A stretch of DNA of 18,540 bases, taken from positions 51,741 through 70,280 of the forward strand of contig JBBIIG010000019.1 in assembly GCA_037446635.1 (NCBI GenBank), given 5' to 3'. Below, one piece after another: positions 16,402-18,540 of the stretch. This DNA comes from a bacterium (GTDB taxonomy: Bacteria > Zhuqueibacterota > Zhuqueibacteria > Oceanimicrobiales > Oceanimicrobiaceae). How positions within the stretch are numbered: the stretch's first letter is position 1; each line of letters begins with the position of its first letter. The translations under genes were made by a program, and so were the position numbers. The notes under the pieces are model-generated. The model worked only from the letters and a program-made list of their open reading frames with translations. It made no database searches and was not told the DNA's origin.

Positions 16402-17505
16402 ATGAAAGCAGTTGCAGTGATTCCCGGTAAAGCGAATTCAGTCCATTTGCGTGAAGTGCCGCGGCCGAGCTTGCAGGACATTCCCGAAGGCCGCGGGGTT
16501 TTGGTGAAAGTGTTGATGGTCGGCGTCGATGGCACCGACAAAGAAATCAACGCGGCGGAATACGGCGCCGCGCCCAGCGGAGATGATTATTTGATCATCG
16601 GCCACGAATCGTTCGGAGTGGTCGAACAGGTAGGCAAAAATGTTTCGGAATTTGCGGCCGGCGATTACGTCGCCGCCACCGTGCGTCGGCCCGGCCAATC
16701 TTTTTACGACCGCCTCGGCACGTACGACATGACCACCGACGACGTTTATTACGAGCGCGGCATCAACTTGCGCCACGGCTTCCTCACTGAGTACTACGTC
16801 GAAGAGCCGGAATACCTGATCAAAGTGCCGGCGGGTTTGAAAGAGATCGCGGTTTTGATGGAGCCCACCAGCATCGCGGAGAAGGGCATTGTGCAGGCGT
16901 ATGAAATCCAGCGCCGCTTGAAAATTTGGCGGCCGCGCAAAGCCGCGGTGATGGGCGCCGGCACGCTCGGCCTGTTGGCCAGCGCGATCTTGCGGCTGCG
17001 CGGTTTGGAGGTCACCACCTTTGGCCGCAAACCGGCGCCGTACAAAAATTCCGAGCTGCTGGCGGAGATTGGCGTGCGTTACATCAGCACGCTGGAGACC
17101 TCCATCACTAACGCCGCGCCCAGATACGGCCCGTTCGATATCATCTTCGAGGCCACTGGAAATTCCGGCGTGGTGTTCGAGGCCGCGGCCAATCTCGCCA
17201 AAAACGGCGCGCTGATTCTCACCAGCATCACCGGCGGCGGCAAGAAGCTGGAAATTCCGGCGGACAAAATCAATCTCGATTTCGTGCTCGGCAACAAAGT
17301 GATGTTCGGCTCGGTGAACGCCAACCGCGAATACTTCGAGGTAGGCGCGAAGGATCTGGCGCAGGCAAGTCTGCAATTTCCGGGCTGGCTGCCGAAGCTG
17401 CTCACTCATCCGGTGGAGGGATTGGGGAACTACGCGGAGATGATGCGGCTGCTCACCGAAGCCAAAGACGCCATCAAAGTTTTTGTAAAAATAGCGAGGG
17501 GGTAA
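16402..17505 (+). CDS. Glucose 1-dehydrogenase, zinc-dependent MDR family (archaeal-type)
   Basis: RBS aggag. Motifs GVDGTDKEI, GHESFGVV, TVRRPG, ERGI...HGFLTEY, LMEPTSIAEK, Rossmann GAGTLG, IFEATG, VLGNKVMFGSVNA. Confidence 0.85.
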   Translation: MKAVAVIPGKANSVHLREVPRPSLQDIPEGRGVLVKVLMVGVDGTDKEINAAEYGAAPSGDDYLIIGHESFGVVEQVGKNVSEFAAGDYVAATVRRPGQSFYDRLGTYDMTTDDVYYERGINLRHGFLTEYYVEEPEYLIKVPAGLKEIAVLMEPTSIAEKGIVQAYEIQRRLKIWRPRKAAVMGAGTLGLLASAILRLRGLEVTTFGRKPAPYKNSELLAEIGVRYISTLETSITNAAPRYGPFDIIFEATGNSGVVFEAAANLAKNGALILTSITGGGKKLEIPADKINLDFVLGNKVMFGSVNANREYFEVGAKDLAQASLQFPGWLPKLLTHPVEGLGNYAEMMRLLTEAKDAIKVFVKIARG

Positions 17506-17508
17506 CCA

Positions 17509-17937
17509 ATGGCAAAAACGGAGGGAAACATGGCGGCCATTTTGGTTTGCGACGGCGATCCCCAGCGCCAACTTCAGCTCAAGAGCCGGCTGCAGAAACA
17601 GGGTCACGAAGTTTGGCTGGCCGAGCGCCTCGAACGCATCAACGCGATTCTGCACGACGTGGCGATCAACGTGATGATACTGGATTTGGATCAACTCAAC
17701 CTCGACGCGCTGATCGATTTTGCCGGGCGCTGGCGCGGAATTAAAATTCTGGGCGAGACCAGCGACCCCGGCCTCCGTCACGATTTTCGCACCTGGATGG
17801 CTGACGCCCTCATTAGCAAAAGCGGTGATGGCGAGCAGATTGCCGTGGTTGTTGACCAGTTATTAAACCACGGGCCATCCGTTGCAAATCCGAAATCCCA
17901 AAATCGAAACTCGAAACAAGCACCGCCGCGCAGCTAG
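17509..17937 (+). CDS. Single-domain, atypical response-regulator receiver protein
   Basis: ILVCDGD, VMILDLD (acceptor Asp position), LISKS (conserved Lys position). Starts 3 bp after the dehydrogenase stop. An alternative start ATG17530 has a ggaggg RBS. Confidence 0.7.
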   Translation: MAKTEGNMAAILVCDGDPQRQLQLKSRLQKQGHEVWLAERLERINAILHDVAINVMILDLDQLNLDALIDFAGRWRGIKILGETSDPGLRHDFRTWMADALISKSGDGEQIAVVVDQLLNHGPSVANPKSQNRNSKQAPPRS

Positions 17938-17997
17938 AACGGGAAGTTTTATCATTCAATCGTTTACATTTTTTTTCGGATTTCGAGTTTCGGATTT
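17886..17997. repeat. Inverted pair of 7-mer tandem arrays (AAATCCG/AAACTCG ... CGGATTT/CGAGTTT)
   Basis: aaatccg aaatccc aaaatcg aaactcg aaacaag (17886-17920) and cggattt cgagttt cggattt (17977-17997). Confidence 0.8.
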
Positions 17998-18052
17998 ATC
18001 ATAACAGTTTTGGCAACATAACAAAATCATAACCAAATAAAGGAGGACTCAG

Positions 18053-18540
18053 ATGTTAAAACGTAAACCTTTAATTGCCGCGATCGTCGTGGTAGTTGGC
18101 GCAGTCGGGTGGTATGCCTTCCGCCCGGAGAAGCTGTTCGTCAACGAAGCGGTGAACGAAGAATTTCCAGCGGCAAACGCCAACTCGTCGAATGCTCCGC
18201 AGGCCATTTACAGCGGCAGCTTTCACGGCGTGGCTCACGAGACCAACGGCACGGCCACCATTTATCGCCTGCCTGACGGCAAACGCGTGCTGCGCTTCAC
18301 CAACTTCGCAACCTCGAACGGCCCGGATGTGAATGTCTATCTCGTCGCCGCGGACCATGCCAACGACAACGAAACCGTCACCAACGCTGGCTTCGTTTCT
18401 CTCGGCTCCATCAAAGGCAATGTGGGCGACCAGAACTACGACCTGCCAGCGAATCTGGATTTAAACAAGTACCGCTCGGTGGTGATTTGGTGCAAGCGCT
18501 TCGGCGTCAACTTCGGCACCGCGCCGTTGACAGCCACGAT
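18053..18540 (+). CDS. DM13 domain protein with N-terminal membrane anchor/signal; runs off the window end
   Basis: Absent from the ORF track because it has no stop in the window. RBS aaggagg. Manual translation: MLKRKPLIAAIVVVVGAVGWYAFRPEKLFVN...GSFHGVAHETNGTATIY...VLRFTNFATSNGPDVNVYL...LGSIKGNVGDQNYDLP...YRSVVIWCKRFGVNFGTAPL. The GPD-x-x-VYL, KGN-x-G-x-QNY and IWC-x-x-F motifs are typical of DM13. Confidence 0.9.
   Translation, partial: MLKRKPLIAAIVVVVGAVGWYAFRPEKLFVNEAVNEEFPAANANSSNAPQAIYSGSFHGVAHETNGTATIYRLPDGKRVLRFTNFATSNGPDVNVYLVAADHANDNETVTNAGFVSLGSIKGNVGDQNYDLPANLDLNKYRSVVIWCKRFGVNFGTAPLTAT

Noticed and set aside
16438..17781. 447-aa minus-strand ORF
   Set aside because: It is the antisense shadow of the dehydrogenase and receiver genes and has no recognisable motifs.
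18010..18030. TGGCAA upstream of the DM13 gene as a sigma54 promoter
   Set aside because: No TTGC/TTGA-like -12 element at the required distance.

Overview
This is a bacterial window with all real genes on the + strand. It opens with the 3' end of a TPR-like gene and a ~600 bp hairpin-rich spacer. A three-gene signalling block follows: a 2548-aa Ser/Thr kinase-AAA ATPase-GAF-GAF-3xPAS-His kinase-receiver hybrid, a REC-GAF-His kinase, and a sigma54-dependent enhancer-binding protein. Directly behind the activator gene is a complete sigma54 promoter layout: two CAC-N8-GTG sites, an IHF consensus, and TGGCAC-N5-TTGA. It points at an ECF sigma factor with no adjacent anti-sigma gene. Downstream are a GH63/MGH1-like glucosidase, a cysteine-free haloarchaeal-type glucose 1-dehydrogenase, an atypical single-domain receiver and a DM13 protein cut by the window edge. 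Almost every intergenic gap carries a small palindromic or tandem-repeat element, from at least six families, including a nested element at 8636-8928. No rRNA, tRNA, CRISPR array or transposase was seen. All family assignments come from motif recognition by eye, not database searches.
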